NCBI GenBank assembly: GCA_964541915.1
Contig: CAZISF010000001.1
Location: forward strand, 24,639 to 88,638
DNA: 64,000 bases
Reading direction: 5' to 3'
DNA from: an uncultured Caulobacter sp.
GTDB lineage: Bacteria; Pseudomonadota; Alphaproteobacteria; Caulobacterales; Caulobacteraceae
The notes under the pieces were generated by a model. It did no database searches. It was not told the DNA's origin and saw only the letters and a program-made list of their open reading frames with translations. Shown here piece after piece: positions 11,092 through 21,664 of this stretch; within the stretch, counting starts at the first letter, position 1; each line of letters opens with the position of its first letter. The position numbers and the translations under genes were made by a program.

Positions 11092-11242
11092 TGTCCCGCC
11101 CGCCACGGATTGCTCAGTTCCCCGCCTCGCGTGAAGGGGCGGGGTCAATCAGTCCAACTGACGCTGGCGTGGGGCTGGCCGCCGCGCTAGACAGCGGGAT
11201 GCCATGGCTAGGCTTTGGCCGTCCGGAAATTCGGGGGAATTG

Positions 11243-12319
11243 ATGAGTGGAGCGGGAAGAGGCAAGGTCGCGCTAATCACCGGCGTGACGGGCCAGGATG
11301 GAGCATATCTGTCCGAGCTCCTGCTGGACAAAGGCTACACCGTTCATGGGGTCAAGCGCCGCTCGTCGTCGTTCAATACCGGCCGCATTGAGCACCTGTA
11401 TCAGGATCCGCATGAGGCGCATCCACGCTTCGTGCTGCACTACGGCGACTTGACCGACTCCACCAACCTGATCCGGATCATCCAGCAGACTCAGCCCGAC
11501 GAGATATACAACCTGGCCGCCCAGAGCCACGTCCAGGTGTCGTTCGAAACCCCGGAATACACCGGCAATGCCGACGGCATCGGCACGCTGCGCCTCCTCG
11601 AGGCGATCCGCATCCTCGGGCTTGAGAAGAAGGCCCGCTTCTACCAAGCCTCGACTTCGGAGCTCTACGGCAAAGTGCAAGAGGTGCCGCAGTCAGAAAC
11701 CACTCCCTTCTACCCGCGCAGTCCTTATGCCGCCGCCAAGCTTTACGCCTACTGGATCGTAGTCAACTACCGCGAGGCCTATGGCATCCACGCCTCCAAC
11801 GGCATATTGTTCAACCACGAGAGCCCGCTGCGCGGCGAGACCTTCGTCACCCGCAAGATCACGCGCGCCGTCGCCGCCATCAAGCTGGGCTTCCAGGACA
11901 AGCTGTTCCTTGGCAACATCGACGCCCAGCGTGACTGGGGTCACGCAAGGGAATATGTCCGCGGCATGTGGCTGATGCTGCAGCAGGACGAGCCGGACGA
12001 CTATGTCCTAGCCACCGGCGAGACGACCCGTATCCGCGACTTCGTCGACAAGGCTTTCGAGCAGATTGGCGTCCTCCTCCGTTGGGAAGGTCGGGGCATC
12101 GACGAAAAGGGCGTCTGCGCCGCCACCGGCCGGATTTATGTCGAGATTGACCCCCGCTATTTCCGCCCGACGGAGGTCGAGTTGCTGATCGGAGACCCGA
12201 CCAAGGCCAAGACGAAGCTGGGCTGGCTTCACGAGACTCGATGGGACGCTCTGTGCACGGAGATGGTGGCCGCCGACTTGGTCGCGGTGGCGAGGGAGCG
12301 GCGCGGCAATGGCGAATAA
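11243..12319 (+). CDS. gmd: GDP-mannose 4,6-dehydratase
   Basis: [46 protein letters not shown], plus [10 protein letters not shown] and [12 protein letters not shown], is canonical Gmd. Confidence 0.92.
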   Translation: MSGAGRGKVALITGVTGQDGAYLSELLLDKGYTVHGVKRRSSSFNTGRIEHLYQDPHEAHPRFVLHYGDLTDSTNLIRIIQQTQPDEIYNLAAQSHVQVSFETPEYTGNADGIGTLRLLEAIRILGLEKKARFYQASTSELYGKVQEVPQSETTPFYPRSPYAAAKLYAYWIVVNYREAYGIHASNGILFNHESPLRGETFVTRKITRAVAAIKLGFQDKLFLGNIDAQRDWGHAREYVRGMWLMLQQDEPDDYVLATGETTRIRDFVDKAFEQIGVLLRWEGRGIDEKGVCAATGRIYVEIDPRYFRPTEVELLIGDPTKAKTKLGWLHETRWDALCTEMVAADLVAVARERRGNGE

Positions 12320-13292
12320 GGTGATCTTTCCCCTCTCTGGCAAGCGAGTCTGGGTGGCCGGCCACCGCGGCATGGTCGGCTCGGCCATCGTGCGCCGGTT
12401 GGCGTCGGAGGATTGCGAGATCATCACCGCTGGCCGCGAGGTCATCGACCTGACCCGACAAGTCGAGGTCGAGGCGTGGATGGCCGAGGCCCGGCCCGAC
12501 GCGGTGTTCGTTGCGGCAGCGCGAGTCGGGGGCATCCTAGCCAACGACTCCTATCCGGCCGACTTCTTATATGACAACCTGATGATCGAGGCCAACGTCA
12601 TCCACAGCGCGTGGAAGACCGGGATCGGCAAACTGCTGTTCCTCGGCTCAAGCTGCATTTACCCTAGACTGGCCCCCCAGCCGATCCCGGAAGACGCCCT
12701 GCTGACCGGCCCCCTGGAGCCGACCAACGAATGGTACGCCGTCGCCAAGATCGCCGGCATCAAGCTGGCCCAAGCCTATCGCAAGCAGCATGGCTGCGAC
12801 TTCATTTGCGCCATGCCGACCAACCTCTACGGCCCAGGCGACAATTTCGACCTGAACAGCAGCCACGTCCTGCCGGCCCTGATCAGGAAGGCGCATGAGG
12901 CCAAGCTGAACGGTGCCGACCACATCACGATCTGGGGCACGGGAAGGCCGCGCCGAGAGTTCCTACACGCCGACGACTGCGCCGACGCCTGCGTCTTCCT
13001 GATGAAACACTATTCCGACCCCGAGCAGGTCAACGTCGGCTCGGGTGAGGACATCACCATCCTCGATTTGGCGCGGCTGGTGTGTGAGGTCGTCGGGTTC
13101 CGGGGCGAGATCAGGACGGACCCGTCGAAGCCGGACGGGACGATGCGCAAGCTGATGAGCGGGGCGAAACTGAAGGGCATGGGGTGGGCGCCGCAGATTG
13201 CCTTACGAGAGGGGTTGATGTCGACTCACGAGGGTTTCCTCGCGACTATATCCGAGGTTCCCCCCACCCTTTGGGGAGGGGCAGCGGCTTGA
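12309..13292 (+). CDS. fcl: GDP-L-fucose synthase (GDP-4-keto-6-deoxymannose 3,5-epimerase/4-reductase)
   Basis: Overlaps the gmd stop. [34 protein letters not shown] and [14 protein letters not shown] are canonical Fcl/WcaG. Confidence 0.88.
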   Translation: MANKVIFPLSGKRVWVAGHRGMVGSAIVRRLASEDCEIITAGREVIDLTRQVEVEAWMAEARPDAVFVAAARVGGILANDSYPADFLYDNLMIEANVIHSAWKTGIGKLLFLGSSCIYPRLAPQPIPEDALLTGPLEPTNEWYAVAKIAGIKLAQAYRKQHGCDFICAMPTNLYGPGDNFDLNSSHVLPALIRKAHEAKLNGADHITIWGTGRPRREFLHADDCADACVFLMKHYSDPEQVNVGSGEDITILDLARLVCEVVGFRGEIRTDPSKPDGTMRKLMSGAKLKGMGWAPQIALREGLMSTHEGFLATISEVPPTLWGGAAA

Positions 13293-13492
13293 CGTCCGAG
13301 AGGTATTTCCCAGACCATCACTCTACACCGTCCAGATCGCCTCAGTTCAGTCCTGATCGCGAGATTGGAATCGCGGTGGCCCTTGAGCTATGACGGCCGC
13401 GCACGACGAGTGGGCGCATTCCAAGATGCCCCGCTATCGGTGCCGACCATGACGCGGCCAACCGAGGAATTCGCAAACAGCACGGTACCCAC

Positions 13493-14452
13493 ATGCGTAC
13501 GCTCCTGATTGGATTGTCGTCTATCGGTGCGCGGCGTGTCCTACCGGCTCTGGGAGCCATTGAGGAGGTGGAGGCGGTTGACATTGCGAGCGCGGGCAAA
13601 GCGCCGCCCTTGGAGTGGCCGAAGCGCGGCCGTTTCTTCAACAGCTATGCCGAAGCGCTGGAGGAGAGCCAGGCGGAGCTCGTCTACATTTCCTTGCCTA
13701 ACGCCCATCATGAGAGATGGGTGCTAAAAGCGTTGGTCTGCGGCAAACACGTCATTGTGGACAAGCCTGCCGCCATGACGCTGGGAGGCGCCCGCAGCTG
13801 CCTGGAAGCGGCGGCGTCGCGATCACTCCTTCTGGCGGAGGCGACAGTCTTCGCCCATCACCATCACATCCCGGCACTGCTGGACTTTCTTGCGGCGAAC
13901 GGACCCCTCACACACCTCGACGCCTTGTTTATAATCCCACCGTTGCCGAACGAAAATTTCCGCAATAGCCTAAAGCTCGGCGGGGGGTGCGTTTTGGATA
14001 TGGGGCCATACGCTGCGGCCCTTGCACGGCTGTTTGGGGATCAATTGGAGGCACTTTGGGTTTTGCCAGCCAAACCCAGTCCCTCCCGCGAGGTGGACGT
14101 GGGCTTCTCGCTGGCCGCCAGCTTCGCCAATGGCTTGCGCTATACTGGGCATTTCAGCTTCGAAAGCGAATATCAGAACCGGCTCACCGCAATTGGAGAG
14201 GGTGGCTCTGTAATCGTTGATCGAGTGTTCAGTCCGCCATCCGACGTTCCTTTGACTTGGCACGTCCGTCGGCAAAACCGGGCCGAGGAAATCGCGCAGC
14301 CCGCCGCGGATATGTTCCGCATCTTCCTCGAACGGGTGCTGCAAGCGATCCGTAGTCGTGACTTTGATAGATTCAGTTCGGTATTGTTGCAGGATGCCAT
14401 CTTCCGCGCGCGAATCGACGACGCCCTTGAAAGGGGACCAGCCCATGACTGA
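13493..14452 (+). CDS. Gfo/Idh/MocA-family NAD(P) oxidoreductase (candidate NDP-ketosugar reductase)
   Basis: N-terminal Rossmann segment (LLIGLSSIGARRVLPAL) and the KHVIVDKP motif. Its stop overlaps the next start (ATGACTGA). Confidence 0.7.
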   Translation: MRTLLIGLSSIGARRVLPALGAIEEVEAVDIASAGKAPPLEWPKRGRFFNSYAEALEESQAELVYISLPNAHHERWVLKALVCGKHVIVDKPAAMTLGGARSCLEAAASRSLLLAEATVFAHHHHIPALLDFLAANGPLTHLDALFIIPPLPNENFRNSLKLGGGCVLDMGPYAAALARLFGDQLEALWVLPAKPSPSREVDVGFSLAASFANGLRYTGHFSFESEYQNRLTAIGEGGSVIVDRVFSPPSDVPLTWHVRRQNRAEEIAQPAADMFRIFLERVLQAIRSRDFDRFSSVLLQDAIFRARIDDALERGPAHD

Positions 14453-15548
14453 TGTGCCAATTCCAGTCTGGAGCTATGAAGCGGAGTATGTCGAGTTCCG
14501 GGATCGCATCCTCGCGGCCTGCGACAGGGTCTTCAAATCCAACCGCCTGGTCCTGGGCAACGAGGGCGTAGCTTTCGAGGCCGCCATGGCCACGGCCCAC
14601 GGCGTCACCGGCGCCATCGGCGTGAACAGCGGCACCGACGCCATCATGATCGCGTTGGCGGCCATGGGCGTGAAGGCGGGCGACGAAGTCATCACCGTGC
14701 CCAACACCGCCGTGCCGACCTGCTCCGCCATCGGCACTCTGGGCGCCCGTCCGCGCTTCGTCGACGTCAATGATAGCTTCCTGATGGACGTCACCAAGGT
14801 CGAGGCCGCCATCACCGACAAGACCAGGGCTATCGTGCCGGTGCATCTTTACGGCCAGTGCGTCGACATGGATCCGCTGCTGGAACTGGCGCGCAAGCAC
14901 GGCTTGAAGATCATGGAAGACGTGGCCCAGGCGCAGGGCGCCTTCTACAAAGGAAAGCCGGCCGGCTCGATGGGCGACGCCTCGTCTTTCTCCTTCTACC
15001 CCACCAAGGTGCTAGGTGGTTACGGCGATGGCGGCATGATCTTGAGCAATGACCAAGCCTTGCTCGACATGGCCAAGAGCCTACGCTTCTATGGCATGGA
15101 AACGACTTACTACAGCGAGCGCCACGGCTACAATTCGCGCCTAGACGAGGTGCAGGCGGCGATCCTGTCCCTGAAGCTGCCCATGGTCGAGCCGTGGGTG
15201 GAGCGCCGGCGGAAGATCGCGGCACGCTATGACGCCGCCTTCGCCGGCACGGCCGTGACCCCGCCGCGGGAATGCGAATACGGCCGCCACGCCTACTACA
15301 TCTACGTGGTTGAACACGCCGATCGCGACTTGATGCTCGACCGCCTGGCCGAACGCAACATCCTGTGTAACATCTCTTATCGTTGGCCGATCCACACAAT
15401 GGCCGGCTACGAGCACCTCGGCTATGCCAAGGGCGATTTCCCTGTCGCCGAGGCCAAGGCCGACCGCATCTTCTCCCTCCCCATGTACCCCTATCTGACG
15501 GACGAGCAGGTCGACCGGGTCATCGCAGCCGTCAAGGAGGCAATGTAA
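14445..15548 (+). CDS. DegT/DnrJ/EryC1/StrS-family PLP-dependent NDP-sugar aminotransferase
   Basis: Start at MTDVPIPVWSY, which overlaps the upstream stop. SFYPTKVLGGYGDGG (PLP lysine region) and the overall family pattern are present. Confidence 0.85.
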   Translation: MTDVPIPVWSYEAEYVEFRDRILAACDRVFKSNRLVLGNEGVAFEAAMATAHGVTGAIGVNSGTDAIMIALAAMGVKAGDEVITVPNTAVPTCSAIGTLGARPRFVDVNDSFLMDVTKVEAAITDKTRAIVPVHLYGQCVDMDPLLELARKHGLKIMEDVAQAQGAFYKGKPAGSMGDASSFSFYPTKVLGGYGDGGMILSNDQALLDMAKSLRFYGMETTYYSERHGYNSRLDEVQAAILSLKLPMVEPWVERRRKIAARYDAAFAGTAVTPPRECEYGRHAYYIYVVEHADRDLMLDRLAERNILCNISYRWPIHTMAGYEHLGYAKGDFPVAEAKADRIFSLPMYPYLTDEQVDRVIAAVKEAM

Positions 15549-16247
15549 GTGGCCGAACGCGTGCATCTGGACTGGTTTCGTGAGCGACTGGCAGCATCCC
15601 AAACCCATGAAGCGACGGATCCCCAGCCCGTGCTGGACTGGCGCGAGCAGCGCCGGGAGGAAATCACCTTCAAATCCGAACTGATCCCGCTGGGCGAAGT
15701 GCGCGGCTGGTCGACGGACGAGGGTGGTAATGTCCGCCACGCCAGTGGCCAGTTCTTCGGTGTCGAAGGTGTCCGCACTGAGGCCGGCGCCCTGCGCGAA
15801 GTCAAGGGCTGGGACCAGCCTATCTATACTCAGCCGGAAGGTGGCATCTTGGCCATGGTGGCGCGGGAAACCCCCACAGATGGCGTCGAGTTCCTGCTCC
15901 AGGCCAAGGCCGAGCCAGGTAACATCGGCACGCTCCAGCTGGTGCCCAGCGTGCAGTGCACCTGGTCCAACATCCGCCGCGTCCACCAAGGCTCCAACCC
16001 GCCCTTGACTGAGTTGCTACAGGCGGAAGAGGGTGTGCGCTGGATCTATCGCGCCCAGCACAACGAAGAAGGCGGCCGGTTCTGGCAGAAGTCCAATGAC
16101 AATGCGGTCCTGTTCCTGGACGATCCCTCGCTGATCACCACCAGCCTGACCATGTTCCGCTGGGCCAGCCTGAGCCAGATCAAGGCCCTGGCCCTGATCG
16201 ACAACGTGTTGAGCCCGTTCGTCAAAACCATTGTGGCGCCGCTATGA
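15549..16247 (+). CDS. NDP-hexose 2,3-dehydratase family protein, single-repeat (half-size) form
   Basis: GTG start directly after the upstream TAA. HASGQFFGVEGV...WDQPIYTQPEGGILAMV...LLQAKAEPGNIGTLQLVPSVQCTWSNIRRVHQG matches the EvaA/TylX3-type signature as I recall it (hSGrFF.v.G, QP.i.Q.E.GiLg, lmQAK.EPGN...QLsPTVQaTrSNy..vH.G). It is only 232 aa, one repeat instead of two. Confidence 0.65.
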   Translation: MAERVHLDWFRERLAASQTHEATDPQPVLDWREQRREEITFKSELIPLGEVRGWSTDEGGNVRHASGQFFGVEGVRTEAGALREVKGWDQPIYTQPEGGILAMVARETPTDGVEFLLQAKAEPGNIGTLQLVPSVQCTWSNIRRVHQGSNPPLTELLQAEEGVRWIYRAQHNEEGGRFWQKSNDNAVLFLDDPSLITTSLTMFRWASLSQIKALALIDNVLSPFVKTIVAPL

Positions 16248-16271
16248 CTAGAGTGCGGGGAGCCGAATAGG

Positions 16272-17124
16272 ATGGCCTTCGGAAGTCTCATCCCGCCTGC
16301 TTTCAGAACCCTCGTTCACCAGTGGCGTGCGTCGAGGGAGCCTGTGTTCCCAACGTACGACGCGGCGGTGCAGTCGAGCGGCAGGGACTATAATGACACG
16401 GAGCTGGCCAACCTGGTTCTCAGAAAGACCAAAGCGTTCGTGCAGACCGACGTGGCCAAGAACATCTGCGACCACCAGGCGATGTGCACCCTGGTGGCCA
16501 TCAACACCGCGGCGGCGGCATGCCAGCGTGGAACGAAGCCGCTGCGCGTGCTCGACTTTGGCGGCGCCCTTGGGACCTCCTACTACCTTGCCAAGGCTCT
16601 GATGCCAGGCGCCTATCAATGGGCGGTGGTTGAAAGCGCCGTGTTCGCCGACGCCGCGCGGGGCCTGGGCCAGGATACTTCGGAGCTGCGCGTATTCCCC
16701 AGCATCAGCGAGGCCATGGGATGGCTCGGCGGCGTTGACCTGCTTTATTCCTCAAGCACGCTGCAATATCTCCCGGACGCCGACCCTTTCTTGGATGAGC
16801 TGCCGGCGCCCCGTCCGGCCTGCGTGGCTTGGCTCAGGACGGCGTTTTCCCTGACCGACAAGGTTGTGGTCCTGCAGCAATCGCGGCCTCATCGACAACG
16901 GCCCGGGCCCGGCGCCCACGGACGTCAAGGACCGGCCCGTCTGCTTCCCGCGCAGCTACCTTTCGCTGCCCGATTTCCTGGCCCGCTTCAAGGACGCCTA
17001 TCGCCAGGTGATCCGGTTCGGCGATGGAACGCCGGAAACGAAAATTGGCGGCCGGACAATCATCATGGGCGATTTTTATCTATTCCTTTGTCACCAGAAC
17101 AAATGTCGGGGCAGCAATATCTGA
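16272..17124 (+). pseudogene. SAM-dependent methyltransferase (TIGR04325/LIC12133-like), interrupted by a frameshift near 16865-16890
   Basis: The frame from 16272 reads a plausible MTase (RVLDFGGALGTSYY...LLYSSSTLQYLPDADPFLDEL), then decays into Arg/Pro/Gly junk after ...DKVVVLQQS. The +1 frame (ORF 16864-17124) continues with a protein-like sequence: GLIDNGPGPAPTDVKDRPVCFPRSYLSLPDFLARFKDAYRQVIRFGD. Confidence 0.55.
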
Positions 17125-17248
17125 AACCCGTTGCCCCGATTGACCCCGCACCGTCCAAGTCATACCCCATTCGTCAACTCGGACGGGTTGCTGTAGGATT
17201 GACCTGAACTCGCCCGCGCGTAGCTTTGTTTTCACTCACCGGTCTTCG

Positions 17249-18658
17249 ATGCTCATACTTTCAATCTGCACACTGGTGGGCGCGCTGTTGTTCGCCATCG
17301 CCGCGTGGCTGAAGGGCCGGCCTCGCTCGTGGGTCTTTCCCTCCGACGCCCTTTTTCTGTCGTGCGTGACGTTTGTGGGCCTGCCACCGCTGCTGAACCT
17401 GCGGGCGACGACAGCCTTTTCGGTCAAGTATGCCTATGATGACACCGTTATTGCCCGGACCCTGTTCGCCATTTCGATGATGTTCGGGATATTTGGCTTG
17501 GTCTGGATGCTGCGCCCGGCCATCCGCACGCCAAGCATCATGCACAACGCCGCCGATGGCCGTGGCATGGGCCGGTCCGTGTTCATCGGCATGTTGGTCC
17601 TATGCGTGCTCTCCGTGGCGTTGATGGCGTTGCTGCCGAGCTACCGGAACTTCCGGGTGGAAATACTGCAATTCCTGATGGGCAGTTTGTATGAGGGGGA
17701 CTACCAGTACGCTCGCCGGTTCGCCTACAACGACAACTTCCTGATTTCACAGCTTGTCAGCCGCCTCCGATACTCCGGCTTCGCGTTCGTGTTCGCGGTT
17801 TCGGCGGCCTATCTGTTCAAGACCACGAAGAACCGTGCGCTGGCATTCGGCATTCTGGCCGTCGCCTACTTCCTTCTGCCGTCGTCCCTTTCGAAGCTAC
17901 CAGTCGTCGTCTTCCTCGCCTATGCCGTCCTGGCGTTCTCACTGGTGGGCGGCGGGGGCAAGATTCTTTTGGCAAAGCGGATGATCCCGTCGTTGGCCAT
18001 CACGATGATTGTGGTCGTCTTGCTGCTGACCGGGCTTTACAAGATCCAGTATCCCAACGTCTTTAGCGGCCTTGAGGGATGGCTGACGGCGCTGGACGTG
18101 GCCATCTACCGGTTCTTCGGCGCGACTTACGACGCGCTGCTGCAGTACTTTACCGTTTACCCCAAGGTCTATGATTTCACGCACGGGACGGAGAGCTGGA
18201 TCCTCGCCAGCCTGTCGGGCAAGCCCGTGCGTGAAGTGATCATGGAGGTGCCCACTTACTTTCTGGGTTCCGAAACCTGGGGCGTGACCACCACGCCGAC
18301 GATCTTCATCGGCGGCGCCTATGCGTCCCTCGGCTATTTCGGCGTGATTGTGTCGTCCGTGATCGTCGCCGTGTTCGCCGTTTGGGTGGACATGATGGTC
18401 CCAAAGCTCCGCAACGGATATATTCGCGCCGCAGTCTACGCGACCCTAATGCTGAATCTGGTTTTCTTTGCGATGACGGCCGCGCAGACCGTGTTCCTGA
18501 CGTACGGCTGCGGCATTATTCCAGTGCTGGGATTGTTCTGTGACGGCTGGTTGGCGAAGCGGAAAAAGCGCCAAGCCGGCGTGCGGCCAGGACCTGCCCG
18601 TATTCCTTCCCGGTACGCAAAGATGCCCGGCGCTGGCCCGGAAGGAGAAAGCGTATGA
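17249..18658 (+). CDS. Wzy-type oligosaccharide repeat-unit polymerase (polytopic membrane protein)
   Basis: 469 aa and highly hydrophobic with more than 10 predicted TM segments. G+C is lower than in the neighbours. Its stop overlaps the rfbB start. The call rests on topology and context only. Confidence 0.5.
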   Translation: MLILSICTLVGALLFAIAAWLKGRPRSWVFPSDALFLSCVTFVGLPPLLNLRATTAFSVKYAYDDTVIARTLFAISMMFGIFGLVWMLRPAIRTPSIMHNAADGRGMGRSVFIGMLVLCVLSVALMALLPSYRNFRVEILQFLMGSLYEGDYQYARRFAYNDNFLISQLVSRLRYSGFAFVFAVSAAYLFKTTKNRALAFGILAVAYFLLPSSLSKLPVVVFLAYAVLAFSLVGGGGKILLAKRMIPSLAITMIVVVLLLTGLYKIQYPNVFSGLEGWLTALDVAIYRFFGATYDALLQYFTVYPKVYDFTHGTESWILASLSGKPVREVIMEVPTYFLGSETWGVTTTPTIFIGGAYASLGYFGVIVSSVIVAVFAVWVDMMVPKLRNGYIRAAVYATLMLNLVFFAMTAAQTVFLTYGCGIIPVLGLFCDGWLAKRKKRQAGVRPGPARIPSRYAKMPGAGPEGESV

Positions 18659-19725
18659 AAATCCTGATCACCGGAGGCGCGGGCTTCATCGGTTCCGCAG
18701 TCGTACGGCTGGCTGTCGCGCAGGGCCACACCGTAGTCAACGTGGACAAGCTGACCTATGCCGCCAATCCGAACAGCCTGAGCCATTTGGATGCAAGCGT
18801 CTATACGCTGGAACAGGTCGATATCTGCGATGCCCCTGCGGTCAAGCGCGCCTTCGAACGCCACGACCCAGATGCCGTCATGCACTTGGCGGCGGAAAGC
18901 CACGTTGATCGCTCCATTGACGGCCCGCTCGCCTTTGTTGAGACAAATATTACGGGCACGGCCATCATGCTGGAGGCCGCCCGCGCCCACTGGTCGAATC
19001 TGACGCCCGCTCGCCGCGAAGCCTTCCGCTTCCACCACATCTCCACCGACGAAGTGTTCGGCGACCTGGGCGCCGACGGCGCCTTTAGCGAGACCACGCC
19101 CTACAGCCCCAATTCCCCCTATTCCGCCAGCAAGGCCTCGGCCGACATGTTGGTGCGGGCTTGGGGCGAAACCTTCGACCTGCCCTACGTGATTACCAAC
19201 TGCTCAAACAACTACGGGCCTTGGCAGTATCCTGAAAAGCTCATCCCCGTAGTGGTATTCAACGCTCTGAGCGGCTTGCCCATCCCGGTCTACGGCAAGG
19301 GCGACAATGTGCGGGACTGGCTGTTCGTCGATGACCATGCCGAGGCCCTGCTGCTCACCTTGCAAAAGGGCAAGGTCGGCGAGACCTATTGCGTCGGCGG
19401 GGGCAATGAGCTGACCAATATTGAAGTCGTGCGACGCATCTGTGCGGTGATGGACGAGCTGCATCCCGTCGGCGCGCCCCACGACCAGCTGATCACCTAC
19501 GTCACCGACCGCCCGGGTCACGATTTCCGCTATGCCATCGACTTCTCCAAGATCGAGCGCGAACTGGGATGGACCCCGCGCACGGCCCTGCCCGACGGGC
19601 TTGCCGCCACGGTCCGCTGGTACGTCACCAGCGAAGCCGGCAAGCGCTGGGCCGGCAATTTTTCGGCGAAGCGACGCGGCATCGCGACGCAACGCGGCGG
19701 TGCGATGGAAACCTCAGATTCATGA
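18655..19725 (+). CDS. rfbB: dTDP-glucose 4,6-dehydratase
   Basis: [59 protein letters not shown] and [12 protein letters not shown] are canonical RfbB/RmlB. Confidence 0.9.
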   Translation: MKILITGGAGFIGSAVVRLAVAQGHTVVNVDKLTYAANPNSLSHLDASVYTLEQVDICDAPAVKRAFERHDPDAVMHLAAESHVDRSIDGPLAFVETNITGTAIMLEAARAHWSNLTPARREAFRFHHISTDEVFGDLGADGAFSETTPYSPNSPYSASKASADMLVRAWGETFDLPYVITNCSNNYGPWQYPEKLIPVVVFNALSGLPIPVYGKGDNVRDWLFVDDHAEALLLTLQKGKVGETYCVGGGNELTNIEVVRRICAVMDELHPVGAPHDQLITYVTDRPGHDFRYAIDFSKIERELGWTPRTALPDGLAATVRWYVTSEAGKRWAGNFSAKRRGIATQRGGAMETSDS

Positions 19726-20618
19726 ACGCCGAACCTCAACTTCCCTACCGTCGTGGGATCATTCTGGCCGGGGGCGCCGGCACCCGGCTGCACCCCCTGA
19801 CCCTGGCGATGTCGAAGCAGCTGCTGCCAGTCTACGACAAGCCGATGATCTATTATCCACTGTCGGTGCTGATGCTCGCCGGTATTCGAGACATCCTTCT
19901 GATCTCGACGCTAGAGGATCAGCCGAGCTTCAAGCGCCTGTTGGGCGACGGCTCTCGTCTCGGCATCAACCTGACCTACACGATCCAGCCGTCGCCGGAC
20001 GGACTGGCCCAAGCCTACATCCTGGGCGAGGAGTTCGTGAATGGCGAAGCAAGCGCTCTTGTTCTGGGCGACAACATCTTCTACGGCATGGGGTTCACAG
20101 ACATCCTCAAGTCGGCCTCTTTGCGCACCGAAGGGGCGACTGTGTTCGGCTACCCCGTGTCCGATCCAGAACGGTACGGCGTGGTTGAATTTGCGCCGGG
20201 TGGGCGGGTACTCAGCCTTGAGGAAAAACCAAAGGTTCCCCGCTCGAACTTTGCCGTCACTGGCCTCTATTTCTACGACGGCCAGGCCAGCGAAATGGCC
20301 CGTCAGCTCAAGCCGTCGGCGCGGGGTGAGCTCGAAATTACGGACCTGAATCGCCTCTATCTTGAGCGGGATGCGCTGCATGTGGAAATGCTCGGCCGCG
20401 GGTTCACCTGGCTCGACACCGGCACCCACGACTCCCTGATCCAAGCCGGCGAATTCGTGCGCACGATCGAGCAGAGGCAGGGTCTGCGCATCGGTTGCCT
20501 TGAGGAAATTGCCTTCAACCTCGGCTGGCTGAGCAAGAAAGAACTCTTGGCCGCCGCGTCGGAATACAAGAGCAATTATGCCGACTACCTGCGCCGGCTG
20601 GCAGCAGGACTGCTTTAG
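19722..20618 (+). CDS. rfbA: Glucose-1-phosphate thymidylyltransferase
   Basis: Start at ATG 19722, overlapping the rfbB stop (ATGA). [48 protein letters not shown] is canonical RmlA. Confidence 0.92.
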   Translation: MNAEPQLPYRRGIILAGGAGTRLHPLTLAMSKQLLPVYDKPMIYYPLSVLMLAGIRDILLISTLEDQPSFKRLLGDGSRLGINLTYTIQPSPDGLAQAYILGEEFVNGEASALVLGDNIFYGMGFTDILKSASLRTEGATVFGYPVSDPERYGVVEFAPGGRVLSLEEKPKVPRSNFAVTGLYFYDGQASEMARQLKPSARGELEITDLNRLYLERDALHVEMLGRGFTWLDTGTHDSLIQAGEFVRTIEQRQGLRIGCLEEIAFNLGWLSKKELLAAASEYKSNYADYLRRLAAGLL

Positions 20619-20737
20619 TGCGCGCGCATCAACAATGGTACATGTCGATTATCAGCCGCTTCTATTTGACGAAAGCAGTATAGGTGAAGCTTTATAGCTG
20701 TCGGATGTCCTTCTATTTGTCCAACTGCGTGACCGTG

Positions 20738-21579
20738 GGTGGTGTGGGCAAAGTGGCTGACCCACAGTCGGATGGATGCGATGAGGATGAAGCCGAGGAA
20801 GCTGTCGGCGGTCTTGTCGTATCGTGTTGCCAGTCTTCGGCTGTGGTTGAGCTTTGAGAAGCCGTGCTCGACGAGGTTTCTCGGGGCGTAGACGTGGCGA
20901 TCGATGACGGGCTGGACCTTTCGGCTTCGCTTGGCCGGGATGATGGCGGCGACGCCTCTGGCGTCCAGGTCCTGGCGGATGAAGTCGGCATCGTATCCCT
21001 TGTCGGCAAGCAAGACGCGGGGCTGCGGGCCGGGCTCGTCCATGACCGGCGCATAGCCCTTTACATCGGAGACCTGCCCGCCGCTCAGCGTGGCCGCGAC
21101 AGCGTTGCTGCGGAGATGGATCTTGTTCGAGATGCCACCGCGAGAGCGGCCAGGACCCTGGTCCTGATCCCCCTTTTTAGCGCGCCGTCGGCGTGCTGAT
21201 GGGCGCGGGTGATGGTGGAATCGATCATCTGGAAGCTGTCGTGGCCGGCGCCGGTCTGGTTCAGCGCCTACAGCATCACGTCCCTGACCCCCGCCAGGGT
21301 CCAGCGACGGAACTGGCGATAGACCGAGCTCCACTTGCCAAAGTGGTTGTGCAGATCCCGTCAGGCCCTCCCCGGCCGGGCGATCCAGAACGCCCCGTGC
21401 AGCACCAACCGGTGATCGCGAGGCCGCCGTCCCCGCGTCGGCCCCTTCTCGACCACGAAGGGTTCGAAAAAGGGCCACTCCTCATCCGATATCAAACCAC
21501 GAACCAAGGCCGTTCTCCCCAAGGAGCAGCCTTGAATCAGCGATCAGCCGATTTGGGAATCCACTTTGTCCACACCACC
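20738..21579 (-). mobile_element. IS5-family (IS427-group-like) insertion sequence, 842 bp, with a nonsense-inactivated OrfA
   Basis: Terminal inverted repeats are GGTGGTGTGGGCAAAGTGG (20738-20756) and the reverse complement of GGTGGTGTGGACAAAGTGG (21561-21579). Minus-strand OrfA reads LISDEEWPFFEP...FWIARPGRA*RDLHNHFGKWSSVYRQFRRW...DVML*ALN...MIDSTITRAHQHADGALK. An A5G5 slippery site (reverse complement of 21170-21180) leads into OrfB: KKGDQDQGPGRSRGG...LLADKGYDADFIR...NLVEHGFSKLNHSRRLATRYDK. Confidence 0.8.
21504..21579. repeat. 76-bp IS left-end sequence, copy 1 (inverted partner at 26001-26076)
   Basis: The reverse complement of 26001-26076 aligns without gaps, 74/76 identical by hand alignment. 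Confidence 0.85.
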
Positions 21580-21664
21580 TAGCACTGGCAATGCGTTGAA
21601 GCCCAATACGAACACTATAAGTCACAACTCACAACGTCGATTACTTCGATAACCTCGGCAGAAA

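Noticed and set aside
16272-17207. Reading the methyltransferase as an intact 311-aa protein
   Set aside because: The last ~105 residues in that frame are Arg/Pro/Gly-rich and unlike any MTase C-terminus. The +1 frame gives a well-formed continuation, so I treat it as a frameshift instead.
20615-20737. Apparent C-terminal extension of the IS transposase (OrfB) beyond the IS end up to the rfbA stop
   Set aside because: The terminal inverted repeat ends at 20738. The extra 41 codons exist only because the IS lacks an internal stop, so this is not a functional fusion.
21193-21582. 129-aa plus-strand ORF inside the IS, and its look-alike tail (..GAALNQRSADLGIHFVHTT) on the minus strand at 26001-26076
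   Set aside because: Both are antisense or untranslated readings of the IS left end. The shared peptide simply reflects the 76-bp nucleotide repeat.
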